Source: a virus (taxonomy: Duplodnaviria; Caudoviricetes). From it: 57,842 nt of DNA. A program made the position numbers and the translations under genes. Position 1 is the stretch's first letter, and each line of letters opens with the position of its first letter. Positions 9,381 through 19,052 of this stretch are shown piece after piece. The DNA lies in IMG/VR virus record IMGVR_UViG_3300029787_000045, positions 1 to 57,842 of that record; one strand, written 5' to 3'. The notes beneath the pieces were generated by a model. That model was not told the origin of the DNA. It made no database searches and saw nothing but the letters and a program-made list of their open reading frames with translations.

Positions 9381-10114
9381 TATTCTTCTCCTAATATTAC
9401 ATTGTTTGTATCTTTATCCCTTTGAGTTAGGGGTACAATATTAATACGCTTATGTATCTTATACCCCTCTGTTACTAGTTTATTATCTTCGTTTACAACA
9501 TCAAAGAAGACATAGACAGTAAAGTCTGGATACTGTTTAGTAAAGTCTTCAGTAATCTCAGCAATATATTGCAACCAATCATAGGGACTGTGTATAGAAA
9601 TATGTGCATTACTACCATCAGATAACTTCTTTACTGCTGGCATACATGCAATATTAAGAAACACCATCTTTTGAGAGTAGCTAAAGATTTCCCTGATCAC
9701 CCAATCTAAATCACTAGTTGGCACATGTTCTAATACATCAGTTGAAATAACTGCATCATACAAACCCATTGGCAACTTGTTATGCTCTTCATACCCCGGA
9801 TCAAAGAGTGCAAGCTTATCCAATCCCCAATACTCAGTAAGAGGTACTTGCAGTGCATCATTACTGCGAGTTACTTTCTTAAAGTCTTCTGTATATAGAA
9901 GACCCTTACCACAACCATAATCAATTAGACTTTTACATTCATGCTTGTCTAAATAATTTTTAATTATATCTATAAACTTTACGAGACTACGCCCATTGAA
10001 CATACCGTCACTAACTTTGTGCATATTCTGGTATTCAATGAGTAGCTCAGTGTATCTCTTGGATGGTCCCTGCCTACTCAATAACTTATTAGTATCAATC
10101 ATAATATCCCTCAA
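9380..10114 (-). CDS. Class I SAM-dependent methyltransferase
   Basis: LIDYGCGKG motif I; YDAVISTDVLEHVP. Confidence 0.85.
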   Translation of the reverse strand: MRDIMIDTNKLLSRQGPSKRYTELLIEYQNMHKVSDGMFNGRSLVKFIDIIKNYLDKHECKSLIDYGCGKGLLYTEDFKKVTRSNDALQVPLTEYWGLDKLALFDPGYEEHNKLPMGLYDAVISTDVLEHVPTSDLDWVIREIFSYSQKMVFLNIACMPAVKKLSDGSNAHISIHSPYDWLQYIAEITEDFTKQYPDFTVYVFFDVVNEDNKLVTEGYKIHKRINIVPLTQRDKDTNNVILGEE

Positions 10115-12470
10115 ATTGTGGACGTTTTTCTTTGGCTTCCTTAAGATTCCACAGATCAGCTACCATAGTATTTTTACCATGGAAAGTCAATACACCTTCA
10201 AGACCTTCATCGGAGAATACTTTTTCACAGTCCTGACCCATAGCTAGAAGTTCACCTGTAGTCCAATATGTGTTGTTGTCTACTGTTACTTGGAAGTATT
10301 TAGGTCTAGGTGTCTCACCACCTTCTAAATCTCCTGTAGTCTCAGTCATCTGCTCCTTGGTAGGCTCTTCCATACAGCAATCAAAACCAAAAAGATGAAT
10401 GTCTCTAAAGCCTAGAGTATGAAGCATACCTATACCCCTCATGGCAGCACACGTACCGCCTGTAATTAGGGTAGCACCCTTTGGAATGCCTAGCTCATCC
10501 ATGATCTTTACTTGCTGGTTTTTAATCTGCTGACCTTGTTCTTCCTCACTTCTTAGTGAATCAGTAAAGGCGTGCCATCCCCATACATTACAATCATTCT
10601 CAATAAGATATTCAGTAACACTAGGATCAGTCATGGATGCCACCATAAACCTAGTTTTACGATTAAGCTTTTTAAATAATTCCTTACGTACTATACCATG
10701 GGTAGATACACCAGTGATAGGACGTGGATCAAGAATAATACAACCCCAAGGAACAATACCATTCTTTAAAAGAGTAGGATATGAATGTTTAACACATAAC
10801 ACTTTAATATCTTTGTGTTCATTAATTAACTCTTTAATATCAGCATAGTCAGTAAAAGGACCAGCTGATACCAGAATAGCTTTACCTTTATGTATTGGAT
10901 GTTTAGATACCCACTTCTTATCATTAAGAAGTTTCATATTAGAGATAATGTTATTTCTAATATAATCTTTAGGAACACAGTCCCTTGGGTGTACAATTAC
11001 AGGGACTCTCTTTAATTCATCAGGGCATTCGGGAAGTGAGCTATCGGAGAGAATAAGAGCGAGATGAGTATTCCCACCACCAACAACATTATCACTAGAA
11101 GGTAGAACGTATTTCCTAACATCAGTGGATTCATCGAATACAGTCCAACCATCCTCAGTAGTTTCTTGAGCGTTAACTTTCTTCGTAGGTATTTTATTAA
11201 AGACATTTTTAACTCCATGATATTCTTCTGGGGGTATATTATCTTCATCGTCTTTAGTAAAGAAATGATCCATAACTACAATAGGAACATGTTTAAGCAT
11301 AGAATATTCATGCTCTACAGTTTTAATACTATTACCACTACCTATCATAGCAAAATCAATCTTACCTAGTGTTAAAGATGTGAGAGTATTACGTACATTT
11401 CCTTTATGAAGTTCAAAAGTAAACTTCTTATTACTCTTCTTCATAACTTCGGTAAACTCATTCAGTCTTTTAACAACTGCGTTATAAGTATTATGAGGTT
11501 TTACATTAAATTCTTCTTCATCAATTTCAATACTGGCATCTTCAAATAGATCGTAGCCAATGTAATGTACTTCATCGGAGTTTTCAAATGAGGCCAAAGC
11601 CATTTCAATAGCACGACCGCCATTCCATGTACCTGTTTCTAAGATAGTCTTTGGCTTGTAGTTCCTTATAATATCAGCAAGCTGCTTGTACCTATTAGGT
11701 AAGATGTCAGGAGAGGTTGCTTCATCAGATAGTTTAAATATTCTTTCACCATTAGCATCCCTAAGAGCAATATTAGTACTACCCTTTAGATGAATAAAGA
11801 GATCGTTTACTATAGAGTTTTGTGAGCTTAGTTCATGTACTCGCATACCATGAGCAGTATAGATAGTCATAAGCCTACTCATAATGAAACCATCAAACCA
11901 CTCACGATAGTTTAAAAATTCACTAGAGATATAACAACCACGTAGATCGCCAAGCATATCAACAGGTGTTTGTCGTGATAGATTAAAACCCTGTAAAAAA
12001 TAGTCTGGATCACCCTCATCATCCACTAGATAAACGATGTCACATTTATCTTCGTTAATGGGTAACATCTTATTAAGAGAATCTACTGTAATATTTTTCT
12101 TAGAAATAGTATCAGCATCTAACCAAAACAACCAACACTTCTCATTCTCAAATGCAGCTTCAGTGAGAGCCATTACTTTAGGTATGAATGTAGTGGCATC
12201 TATTGCACGATTATACTGTACTGCTCCTCCTTCAGTTCCGTTGTGTATTTTATTAGCTTCCATACACTCATTGTATTCTTCCATTTCTTCTAGGTTATGG
12301 TAGAAGATGTTGTTAGCCTTGGGAAGAGAATGTTTTTTAATATCTACATCATAGTAGTAACAATGAATCTCTATAGATGATTCCCATGAGGTAGTCATCA
12401 ACCTAAGAAGATGCGAAGACATCTTCTGTAGGTAGTCTTCATTGAAACATGTTACAAACTTATACTTCAT
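10095..12470 (-). CDS. Three-domain fusion: GT-A glycosyltransferase + methyltransferase-like + Maf/DUF115 (MptE-like) domain
   Basis: WLFWLDADT (DxD); ILETGTWNG..YIGYDLFE; ILVSAGP..IILDP..GGT..LGFRDIHLFGFD. Confidence 0.7.
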   Translation of the reverse strand: MKYKFVTCFNEDYLQKMSSHLLRLMTTSWESSIEIHCYYYDVDIKKHSLPKANNIFYHNLEEMEEYNECMEANKIHNGTEGGAVQYNRAIDATTFIPKVMALTEAAFENEKCWLFWLDADTISKKNITVDSLNKMLPINEDKCDIVYLVDDEGDPDYFLQGFNLSRQTPVDMLGDLRGCYISSEFLNYREWFDGFIMSRLMTIYTAHGMRVHELSSQNSIVNDLFIHLKGSTNIALRDANGERIFKLSDEATSPDILPNRYKQLADIIRNYKPKTILETGTWNGGRAIEMALASFENSDEVHYIGYDLFEDASIEIDEEEFNVKPHNTYNAVVKRLNEFTEVMKKSNKKFTFELHKGNVRNTLTSLTLGKIDFAMIGSGNSIKTVEHEYSMLKHVPIVVMDHFFTKDDEDNIPPEEYHGVKNVFNKIPTKKVNAQETTEDGWTVFDESTDVRKYVLPSSDNVVGGGNTHLALILSDSSLPECPDELKRVPVIVHPRDCVPKDYIRNNIISNMKLLNDKKWVSKHPIHKGKAILVSAGPFTDYADIKELINEHKDIKVLCVKHSYPTLLKNGIVPWGCIILDPRPITGVSTHGIVRKELFKKLNRKTRFMVASMTDPSVTEYLIENDCNVWGWHAFTDSLRSEEEQGQQIKNQQVKIMDELGIPKGATLITGGTCAAMRGIGMLHTLGFRDIHLFGFDCCMEEPTKEQMTETTGDLEGGETPRPKYFQVTVDNNTYWTTGELLAMGQDCEKVFSDEGLEGVLTFHGKNTMVADLWNLKEAKEKRPQFEGYYD

Positions 12471-13242
12471 TATACATATCCATTGGCTTTACTTTACCTC
12501 GCCCTGCTAGGTATGTATAATCTCCATTCCATTCGGCTGCATACTTGCCATCAATAGTCCGACCACACTTCCAATCTTTAAACCAAGGCCCACCTGTAGT
12601 AAAGTGTACGTTCTTAGCATTCATGTCTTCTGGAGAATGGTTGTCCAACCAGTTCCATTCTTCATGGATAGTTCCTATATCAGAATCTTTATCAGGAAGC
12701 CACTCAAAGCCGTGCAGGTATCTACCTGTTTGTGTGTTTACAAGTTCAGGGGTAAGATTCTTATTGAGATTATGACCACAGTTAAAGAGCATAAGGCTAG
12801 ACCAATTCTTACGGCGGTAATTTTCTTGCTTACGTCCATCCATTTTAAAACCATCACCCGGTTCATACTTATGTTTAACACAGTATAGAGGGTAGTAGTC
12901 TGAGTTATACTCTTCAAAGATTTCATTGATGTCAGTACGTAGGTACATGTCAGAGTCCATGTACAAGGCCCAACCTTCATACATGTTCATGGCTGGTACC
13001 AAAAAGCGGGTAAAACTAAACTCACTTGAGAAGGGCTTACCATCAATCTTATCAATAGTTTGTCCATCAACTACATCAAACTTTCTGGTGTACATTCCCA
13101 TTCGTTCTACTACATCACGCCGGATAGGTACAACACGTACATTATCTACGGCTATGCGTTCAATTGTAAACTTTAAAACTTCATAGGCTGTATCTTCTTT
13201 AGGATCATATCCTATGTATACAGTGTTGGGTGATTTCTTCAT
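12460..13242 (-). CDS. GT-A fold glycosyltransferase (GT8-like)
   Basis: VYIGYDPKE, SEFSFTRFLVP, ALYMDSDM (DxD), KNWSSLMLFN, EWNWL and HFTTGGPW. Confidence 0.85.
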   Translation of the reverse strand: MKKSPNTVYIGYDPKEDTAYEVLKFTIERIAVDNVRVVPIRRDVVERMGMYTRKFDVVDGQTIDKIDGKPFSSEFSFTRFLVPAMNMYEGWALYMDSDMYLRTDINEIFEEYNSDYYPLYCVKHKYEPGDGFKMDGRKQENYRRKNWSSLMLFNCGHNLNKNLTPELVNTQTGRYLHGFEWLPDKDSDIGTIHEEWNWLDNHSPEDMNAKNVHFTTGGPWFKDWKCGRTIDGKYAAEWNGDYTYLAGRGKVKPMDMYNEV

Positions 13243-13326
13243 CTATGTTCCTTTTTTCCAGAAGAGTTTACCAGTATCAGGATTGTAAGTTAATAATTCT
13301 CTAGCTATTTCAGCAGTAAGTTCCAT
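13243..13326 (-). pseudogene. 27-aa stub resembling the N-terminus of an HNH homing endonuclease
   Basis: My translation is MELTAEIARELLTYNPDTGKLFWKKGT*. The stop abuts the GT start codon. Confidence 0.6.
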
Positions 13327-13336
13327 AATAATTATC

Positions 13337-13365
13337 CTTATACACTATATTTGTTTATCTGTCAA
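13337..13365 (-). promoter_or_regulatory. Sigma70-type promoter for the GT-MTase-holin-TerS operon
   Basis: TTGACA-N17-TATAAG on the minus strand. Confidence 0.7.
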
Positions 13366-14342
13366 GCACTTTCTGCCCATACTTCTGACCAGCTACCACT
13401 TAATGCACCCTTTGCATAATCAGTAGAGTGGTTCTCAAAGAAGTTAGTATGCGTAGGTGCATTGATCATAGTCTCTACCCAAGGCAGAGGATTACGTTTG
13501 ACCTTGAAGATACCCTTCATACCCATAGAGATAAGCCTACGGTCTGCAATGTACCTGATGTATTCCTTCACCTCAGTATCCCTAAGACCTTCTACCTTAC
13601 CCATCTTAAATGATAGGTCTACAAACTTATCTTCTAGGTCAACCATAGTCTCTGCAATGCTATAAATAGCTGACTTGGTTTCATCGTTCCACTCCTCACG
13701 GTTCTCTTCGATATAAGTTCTAAAGAGTTGGATCATGCCCTCTGCATGTTGTGTCTCATCTACAATAGACCACGTTACAATCTGTCCCATGCCCTTCATC
13801 TTACCATGGCGTGGAAAGTTAAGCAACATGATAAAGCTAGAGAACAGTGCCAGCCCCTCAGTAAAGGCAGAGATAGCAGCTATCTTAATAGGCAGAGATA
13901 TTTTCTTACTGTTTACATTAGCCATGAAGTACTCATGCTTCTCACGCATGGCAGCGTACTCCAAGAACTCATTGTATGTAGAGTCAGGCATACCTAATGA
14001 CTCAATCAAGTGTGAGTAGGCTGCAATGTGTAGTGCTTCTCTAGCAGCAAAGCCTGATAACATCATACGTACTTCAGGTTGCGGAAAGTTAGGTAGGTAG
14101 TTATCAATGTACCCACCAGACACATCAATGTCTGACTGAGTAAAGAACCTAAAGATATTGGTTAAGAAATACTTCTCTTCAGTAGAAAGGGTATTCTTCC
14201 AATCTTTAATATCTTCCATCATGGGTACTTCAGTGTGCAGCCAGTGAGACTGCTCATGTTTCAACCACAAATCATATGCCCACGGGTAGTGAAACGGTTT
14301 GAAGTAGTCACGTTTATCTTGAAGCTTTAGTTTACTGGTCAT
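13362..14342 (-). CDS. nrdB: Ribonucleotide reductase class Ia beta subunit
   Basis: FFTQSD, EALHIAAYS, FTEGLALFSSF, DETQH, YIADRRL and NFFE. Likely start MTSKLKL at 14342. Confidence 0.95.
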   Translation of the reverse strand: MTSKLKLQDKRDYFKPFHYPWAYDLWLKHEQSHWLHTEVPMMEDIKDWKNTLSTEEKYFLTNIFRFFTQSDIDVSGGYIDNYLPNFPQPEVRMMLSGFAAREALHIAAYSHLIESLGMPDSTYNEFLEYAAMREKHEYFMANVNSKKISLPIKIAAISAFTEGLALFSSFIMLLNFPRHGKMKGMGQIVTWSIVDETQHAEGMIQLFRTYIEENREEWNDETKSAIYSIAETMVDLEDKFVDLSFKMGKVEGLRDTEVKEYIRYIADRRLISMGMKGIFKVKRNPLPWVETMINAPTHTNFFENHSTDYAKGALSGSWSEVWAESA

Positions 14343-14493
14343 AGTAAGGTCTCTTTCCTCTGTTGTCTTTCCACTGCCTCGGTATGTCATCTAGGTGTTC
14401 AAAAGGATAGCGGCTGTTCCAAATAGCACAGGATATGCTAGTAAAAATTCCGTATCCTTTTGATCTTAAATGACAGTACCACTTGTATATCAT
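14332..14493 (-). CDS. 53-aa hypothetical protein between nrdA and nrdB
   Basis: My translation MIYKWYCHLRSKGYG...PYYDQ* fills the gap and overlaps the nrdB start. Confidence 0.45.
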   Translation of the reverse strand: MIYKWYCHLRSKGYGIFTSISCAIWNSRYPFEHLDDIPRQWKDNRGKRPYYDQ

Positions 14494-14494
14494 A

Positions 14495-16294
14495 CTAGCC
14501 CTCACAGGCTAAACACTCATCACCAGAAGCAAGTGCTTCCATATCAATCTCCTGTATAATATCTCGTTCAATCTTACGTGATACTTTGTCAGCCTTACCA
14601 ATCTTTTCAGATCGGCAGTAGTACATAGTCTTGACCCCTTTCTTCCATGCCATAAAATGCACAGCATGTAAGTAAGTGATGTTTGCATCTGGCCTGAAGA
14701 AAACATTGAGTGACTGAGACTGATCAATGTATTCCTGCCTATCAGCAGCATGTTCAATCACCCACCGCTGATCAATCTCCATAGAAGTCTTGTATATCTC
14801 TTTCTCTTGATCGTCCAAGCAACGTAGGTGCTGCACTGAACCATCGTTAGCAATGATCGAAGACCAGATACGATCATAGTTTAAGTTAGTATTCTCTTTA
14901 CATTTCTCATTGATTAACTTGTCTAAGTACTTGTTTTTATTTAAAAAAGAACCACTTAAAGTATCTTGTCTATATGCGTTAGCTCTCCACGGTTCAATAG
15001 ATGGAGAAGTATTACCCATAATAATAGAGGAAGAAGCATTAGGTGCAATAGCCATGACATGACTACACCTTAGTCCAGTGCCTTGTGCATCAGGAGCCTC
15101 ACCTCTTTCACGTCCAAGCTCAAGGTTAGCTGAGTCAAGTCCTGATCTAATATGTCTAAATATTCTCATATTAGAAGACTTAGCCAAGGCAGATTCAAAT
15201 GGTATACCCTTCTTCTGTAGGTAAGCATGAAAACCCAAAGCACCTACACCTACACTACGCTCACGCATTGCTGAATATTTAGCACGGCTAATACTATCAG
15301 GAGCATCCTCAATAAACTTACTCAAAGTATTGTCCAACATTTCCAAGACATCTTTAAGAAAACCTTTATCCTTAGACCACTCATCAAAGTATTCTAGGTT
15401 AAGAGAAGACAAGCAGCACACAGCAGTACGCTCTTTATTAGTTGGTAGTATAATCTCTGAGCATAAGTTAGACTGATTAATCTCCAAGCCAATTTGCTTC
15501 AACCATACAGGCATCTTCTCATTGGATGTATCAATGAAGTGTATATATGGCTCGCCTGTTTGCATACGCATTTCTAAGATACGCTGCCACATATCTCTTG
15601 CTGATACAGTATCTTTAATTTCTTTTGTATGTGGATCACGTAGATGCCAGCTATCATCTACATTAGGATCAGTCATAGAATCTTCAATAAGCTGCATAAA
15701 CTTATTGCTAATGTTAATACCATGATGAAGGTTCAAGCATCTAAAGTTTTGATCACCAGTAGGTTTACGCATTTCCAAGAACAGAAGAATATCAGGGTGA
15801 TCAATATCTAGGTAAGCAGCATAGCTACCCCTACGTGTACGTCCCTGACGGTAAGCTAGGCTAGAGGCATCATACATCTTTAGATGCGGCATCATACCCG
15901 TGGATTTGTCATCAGCAGAACGTATGCCAAAACCAATACCTACACCACCACCATACATGGATAACCAGTTAGTCTCTGATAGATTGTTTACTAATCCTTC
16001 GGCAGTATCATCAATGTAGTTAAGATAACACGATATAGGTAGTCCACGTTTGGACCTTCCATAAGATAGTATAGGAGTAGAGTAAGACAACCAATGCTTA
16101 GAAGCATAGTCATAAAGTCTTTGAGCGTGATCGTTATCAGTAGAAAATGTTTTAGATACAAAAGCAAATCTCTCTTGCGGAGACAACTCATTATCCATCA
16201 TATAAGATTCTTTAAGCCTAGCAATACCAAGCTCGTCAAATAATTGATCTTGTGCGGGATTGATATTGATGCCAACGTGGGTCATTTGAGGCAT
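14495..16294 (-). CDS. nrdA: Ribonucleotide reductase class Ia alpha subunit (no ATP cone evident)
   Basis: STPIL, PISCY, GGGVG, QSNLCSEI, AIAPNASSS, IDQSQS, KTMYY and C-terminal CLACEG. Confidence 0.95.
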   Translation of the reverse strand: MPQMTHVGININPAQDQLFDELGIARLKESYMMDNELSPQERFAFVSKTFSTDNDHAQRLYDYASKHWLSYSTPILSYGRSKRGLPISCYLNYIDDTAEGLVNNLSETNWLSMYGGGVGIGFGIRSADDKSTGMMPHLKMYDASSLAYRQGRTRRGSYAAYLDIDHPDILLFLEMRKPTGDQNFRCLNLHHGINISNKFMQLIEDSMTDPNVDDSWHLRDPHTKEIKDTVSARDMWQRILEMRMQTGEPYIHFIDTSNEKMPVWLKQIGLEINQSNLCSEIILPTNKERTAVCCLSSLNLEYFDEWSKDKGFLKDVLEMLDNTLSKFIEDAPDSISRAKYSAMRERSVGVGALGFHAYLQKKGIPFESALAKSSNMRIFRHIRSGLDSANLELGRERGEAPDAQGTGLRCSHVMAIAPNASSSIIMGNTSPSIEPWRANAYRQDTLSGSFLNKNKYLDKLINEKCKENTNLNYDRIWSSIIANDGSVQHLRCLDDQEKEIYKTSMEIDQRWVIEHAADRQEYIDQSQSLNVFFRPDANITYLHAVHFMAWKKGVKTMYYCRSEKIGKADKVSRKIERDIIQEIDMEALASGDECLACEG

Positions 16295-16298
16295 GTAG

Positions 16299-16607
16299 TT
16301 AGTCTCCTTTATTGTATTCCATTTGTAATATCATCTGTGCATAGTGAATTACTTTACGTATGTCAGCTTCACCATCACCCTTTGTCCTGTGCCTAGTAAT
16401 ATACTTAACTACATTACCTTCAAGAAAGTCAAGCCCGTTAGAATATATATACTCTACGGGCTGTATCTTGCAATCTTTATAATGATTACCTCCAACTTGT
16501 GTATCTAATGCTTTGGTTTTATCATCTAGTATTTTTTCTACTTGCTCTCTATCCTCTTTCATTCGTCTTAAGATGTAGCGATCTCTTTCTTCAACCATCC
16601 ACTTCAC
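16299..16607 (-). CDS. DUF3310 (SaV-like / T7 gp1.7-like) protein
   Basis: QVGGNHYK, GNVVKYITR and DIRKVIHY. Confidence 0.8.
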   Translation of the reverse strand: MKWMVEERDRYILRRMKEDREQVEKILDDKTKALDTQVGGNHYKDCKIQPVEYIYSNGLDFLEGNVVKYITRHRTKGDGEADIRKVIHYAQMILQMEYNKGD

Positions 16608-16609
16608 GC

Positions 16610-16804
16610 CTACTTCCTTTTAGATTTTTTAAGTTTTCCATTACAAGACTCAACCCAATTTGAAAAGGTATTTGCAAACAGACATGGGAATACAGCGTGG
16701 ATTAACAACGCCAGCCCAATTGCTATACCTTCTCCTAACATACTTAAAGAAAATAAAAAGTGTTCTTTGTATGTCATACTAACATCATTCAAATGTTTAT
16801 TCAT
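16610..16804 (-). CDS. Small membrane protein (DUF6356-like)
   Basis: HLNDVSMTYKEHFLFS...IHAVFPCLF pattern. Confidence 0.55.
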   Translation of the reverse strand: MNKHLNDVSMTYKEHFLFSLSMLGEGIAIGLALLIHAVFPCLFANTFSNWVESCNGKLKKSKRK

Positions 16805-17141
16805 CTTTAACTCCTTTCCATACACGATTTAATTTTTCTCTTGCTTCATAACCACTCTCTGAATTAATAACATAAGCTGCAAACTCTCTAACATTAGATG
16901 GTTTAAGACCTGCACAATCACATACAAATTCAAAGTTTTGGCTTGTTACACCTATAGAAGCAAAGAACCAATTGGTGGCTTGATTTCTAATAGATGTTAT
17001 ACTTGTATTTTCATCATTTATTTTTGGATTACTTACATCAAGTAATGCTTGATAGATAACTGATAAAAATAAAAGGTTCTCCGGCTTGGTAAACTTTTTA
17101 GATTGAAAACCTAAAATATTATTTAAATCTTTCGGGTTCAT
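16797..17141 (-). CDS. Conserved phage hypothetical protein
   Basis: LFLSVIYQALLD..A..WF..F..VC..AG pattern; tightly packed in the operon. Confidence 0.6.
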   Translation of the reverse strand: MNPKDLNNILGFQSKKFTKPENLLFLSVIYQALLDVSNPKINDENTSITSIRNQATNWFFASIGVTSQNFEFVCDCAGLKPSNVREFAAYVINSESGYEAREKLNRVWKGVKDE

Positions 17142-17547
17142 TCTCAAACTCTTGTACTGGCCTATAAAACTTACCACCCACATAATTATTATAATATGCT
17201 GGCTCATCTGTACCCTCTAAGATAGATGATAAAACATTATATTTCATCTGGTAATATAGCTCATAATATTTTAGACTTCTTTTATTTTTAAACTCTGCTA
17301 TAATTTCAAACTTAAAATTTCTTTTACCTAATTTCTTAATATCTTCTAATAGTAATTTGGAAGAACCCATATAGATAAGCCAATTAGATTCTCTCTTAGT
17401 AGCTTTAGCACTACCCTTCTTTCTTTTTACTGGATGCCAATACTGCTTACAGCCTACGTAAGCCTTACCTGTTTTCTTATTCGTAATAAGATAGACAAAA
17501 CCAAAGTATTTATTGGGATCAGGTTTTGTAAAATATTTCCAGTGCAT
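17119..17547 (-). CDS. GIY-YIG family endonuclease
   Basis: GFVYLITN...YVG.K, Y.GSS, E and YYN motifs. Confidence 0.75.
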   Translation of the reverse strand: MHWKYFTKPDPNKYFGFVYLITNKKTGKAYVGCKQYWHPVKRKKGSAKATKRESNWLIYMGSSKLLLEDIKKLGKRNFKFEIIAEFKNKRSLKYYELYYQMKYNVLSSILEGTDEPAYYNNYVGGKFYRPVQEFENEPERFK

Positions 17548-18405
17548 TCAGGTAGTTACTTCCTCAACGTCAGGCGTCTTAATAACTTTAACCAAGTCTC
17601 TCGTACCATTTGAATACTTAAAAGTACGTATTCCTTTACCTTGGTTAGCATCAGCCCAACACAAACCCTTGTGTCTACAATAAATACAACCAGTAGAAAG
17701 CTTAAGGTTGCCAGACTTCCCATCAGGAATAGCATCATAGCACCTAGAAGGTACGCTACTTCCTTTAACCACTTCTTTAAGGTGTTTAATTCTGTTACTA
17801 GCATTAATCATTTCCATAGAATGAACTGGTGTTAAACAAATCTTACCAGTAGATTTATCTATAACAAGGAAAGCTGCTTGCTCTATACCATTGGCTTGAG
17901 CATAGGCAGAAATCTGTGCTATGTATCCAAAGGGGTCGTCGTCAGCTATTGTATTAGACTCAAACTTTTTAAAGCTGAATCCAGAAGCAGACTTACAATC
18001 AACCAGAACCCCATCAATAATTGCATCTTGATGTCCTAATACTCCTTCTACTGTAACTTCTTTTTGCTGCGACTCTACTGTGTGACCCGCTATAGATGCA
18101 CAGAGTAGTAGAAGTTCTTCAAGAATATATCCATATAGAAACTTAATGCGTGTACTTGGTGGTAACTTTTCTTCTGTTGTTTCTGTATTAATATCATACC
18201 ATAACTGTCTGTCAGGCTTTCCTATTGCAGACAACCTAAGATTTTCACTATCCCTTGGTTTGCTGTACATAAATTCTTTGATGTGTACCTTAAGCATTTC
18301 ACCAAAGTTATTTATAAGATCATCTACTTCTTTCTCATTACGTTTTATAGGTGTGAGATTAAATAACTCATAAATGTCTTCTACTATTGTATTAATATTT
18401 TTCAT
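17548..18405 (-). CDS. Cas4-like / PD-(D/E)XK exonuclease
   Basis: GHQDAIIDG.LVDCKS, Y.AQ..AY and C-x2-C-x5-C (CIYCRHKGLC). Confidence 0.8.
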   Translation of the reverse strand: MKNINTIVEDIYELFNLTPIKRNEKEVDDLINNFGEMLKVHIKEFMYSKPRDSENLRLSAIGKPDRQLWYDINTETTEEKLPPSTRIKFLYGYILEELLLLCASIAGHTVESQQKEVTVEGVLGHQDAIIDGVLVDCKSASGFSFKKFESNTIADDDPFGYIAQISAYAQANGIEQAAFLVIDKSTGKICLTPVHSMEMINASNRIKHLKEVVKGSSVPSRCYDAIPDGKSGNLKLSTGCIYCRHKGLCWADANQGKGIRTFKYSNGTRDLVKVIKTPDVEEVTT

Positions 18406-18414
18406 AATAAGATA

Positions 18415-18450
18415 GGGGTGCTGCACTAACTCTTAAAAATGCAGCACCCC
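18415..18450 (-). other. Intergenic hairpin after ssb (attenuator or processing site)
   Basis: GGGGTGCTGCA-N14-TGCAGCACCCC perfect 11-bp stem. Confidence 0.6.
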
Positions 18451-18458
18451 ATCCTTAC

Positions 18459-18944
18459 TTAGTTACCAAAGGGAATGTCGTCTGATTCAAGATCAGCCAT
18501 TTGAGAAGCAGCATTATTAATATAGCCACCTTCTACAACATCAAAGCCTTCATCTCCATACTCAACTAACTCAACTACTTGAACTGCTGCAAGATCAGCA
18601 GACGTACCTGACTTACCTGCATAGTTCCACTCAAAGGGAAGTGCTTTTACTTTAACCACACTGCCATTCCCAATAAGTTTATTGTCCCAAGGATTGTTTT
18701 GAGAATCCACTACCGTAGGTGCTGGACGTGGACCATTCTTACCCTGTACCTTACGCTTCAACGTGACAAATTCACCACGTTCATCTTCTTTGTTACGTAC
18801 ATTCAGACCTGCACCTTCTACTAAAGCTTTGGTATCTGCATCAAGGCAGATATCTATTTGCCAAGCAGGTTCAAACGTGCTGTTAGGCTCTACAACAGAG
18901 GCCCAATAGCATTTACCAGTTAAATATAGAGGTTGAATAGGCAT
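18459..18944 (-). CDS. ssb: T7 gp2.5-like single-stranded DNA-binding protein
   Basis: G...WA..EP, IGNGS.V.V, L.AVQV.ELVEY and acidic DDIPF tail; next to the polymerase. Confidence 0.8.
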   Translation of the reverse strand: MPIQPLYLTGKCYWASVVEPNSTFEPAWQIDICLDADTKALVEGAGLNVRNKEDERGEFVTLKRKVQGKNGPRPAPTVVDSQNNPWDNKLIGNGSVVKVKALPFEWNYAGKSGTSADLAAVQVVELVEYGDEGFDVVEGGYINNAASQMADLESDDIPFGN

Positions 18945-19019
18945 ATTAGTTTTCCTTGTGTTTAGTGCCACACTATTGCGGCTGTTGATATTGTGTTTGT
19001 CTACTACTACAACTCCATC

Positions 19020-19048
19020 AGTATATACTATCTGATTTAAATTGTCAA
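19020..19048 (-). promoter_or_regulatory. Sigma70-type promoter upstream of ssb
   Basis: TTGACA-N17-TATACT on the minus strand. Confidence 0.75.
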
Positions 19049-19052
19049 CTAC

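Noticed and set aside
9380-10114. DNA methyltransferase protecting against restriction
   Set aside because: No DPPY/NPPY or PCQ catalytic motif; it resembles small-molecule or sugar methyltransferases.
17548-18405. CRISPR-Cas system suggested by the Cas4-like gene
   Set aside because: It is a solo exonuclease in the replication module; I saw no cas1/cas2 and no repeat-spacer array anywhere.
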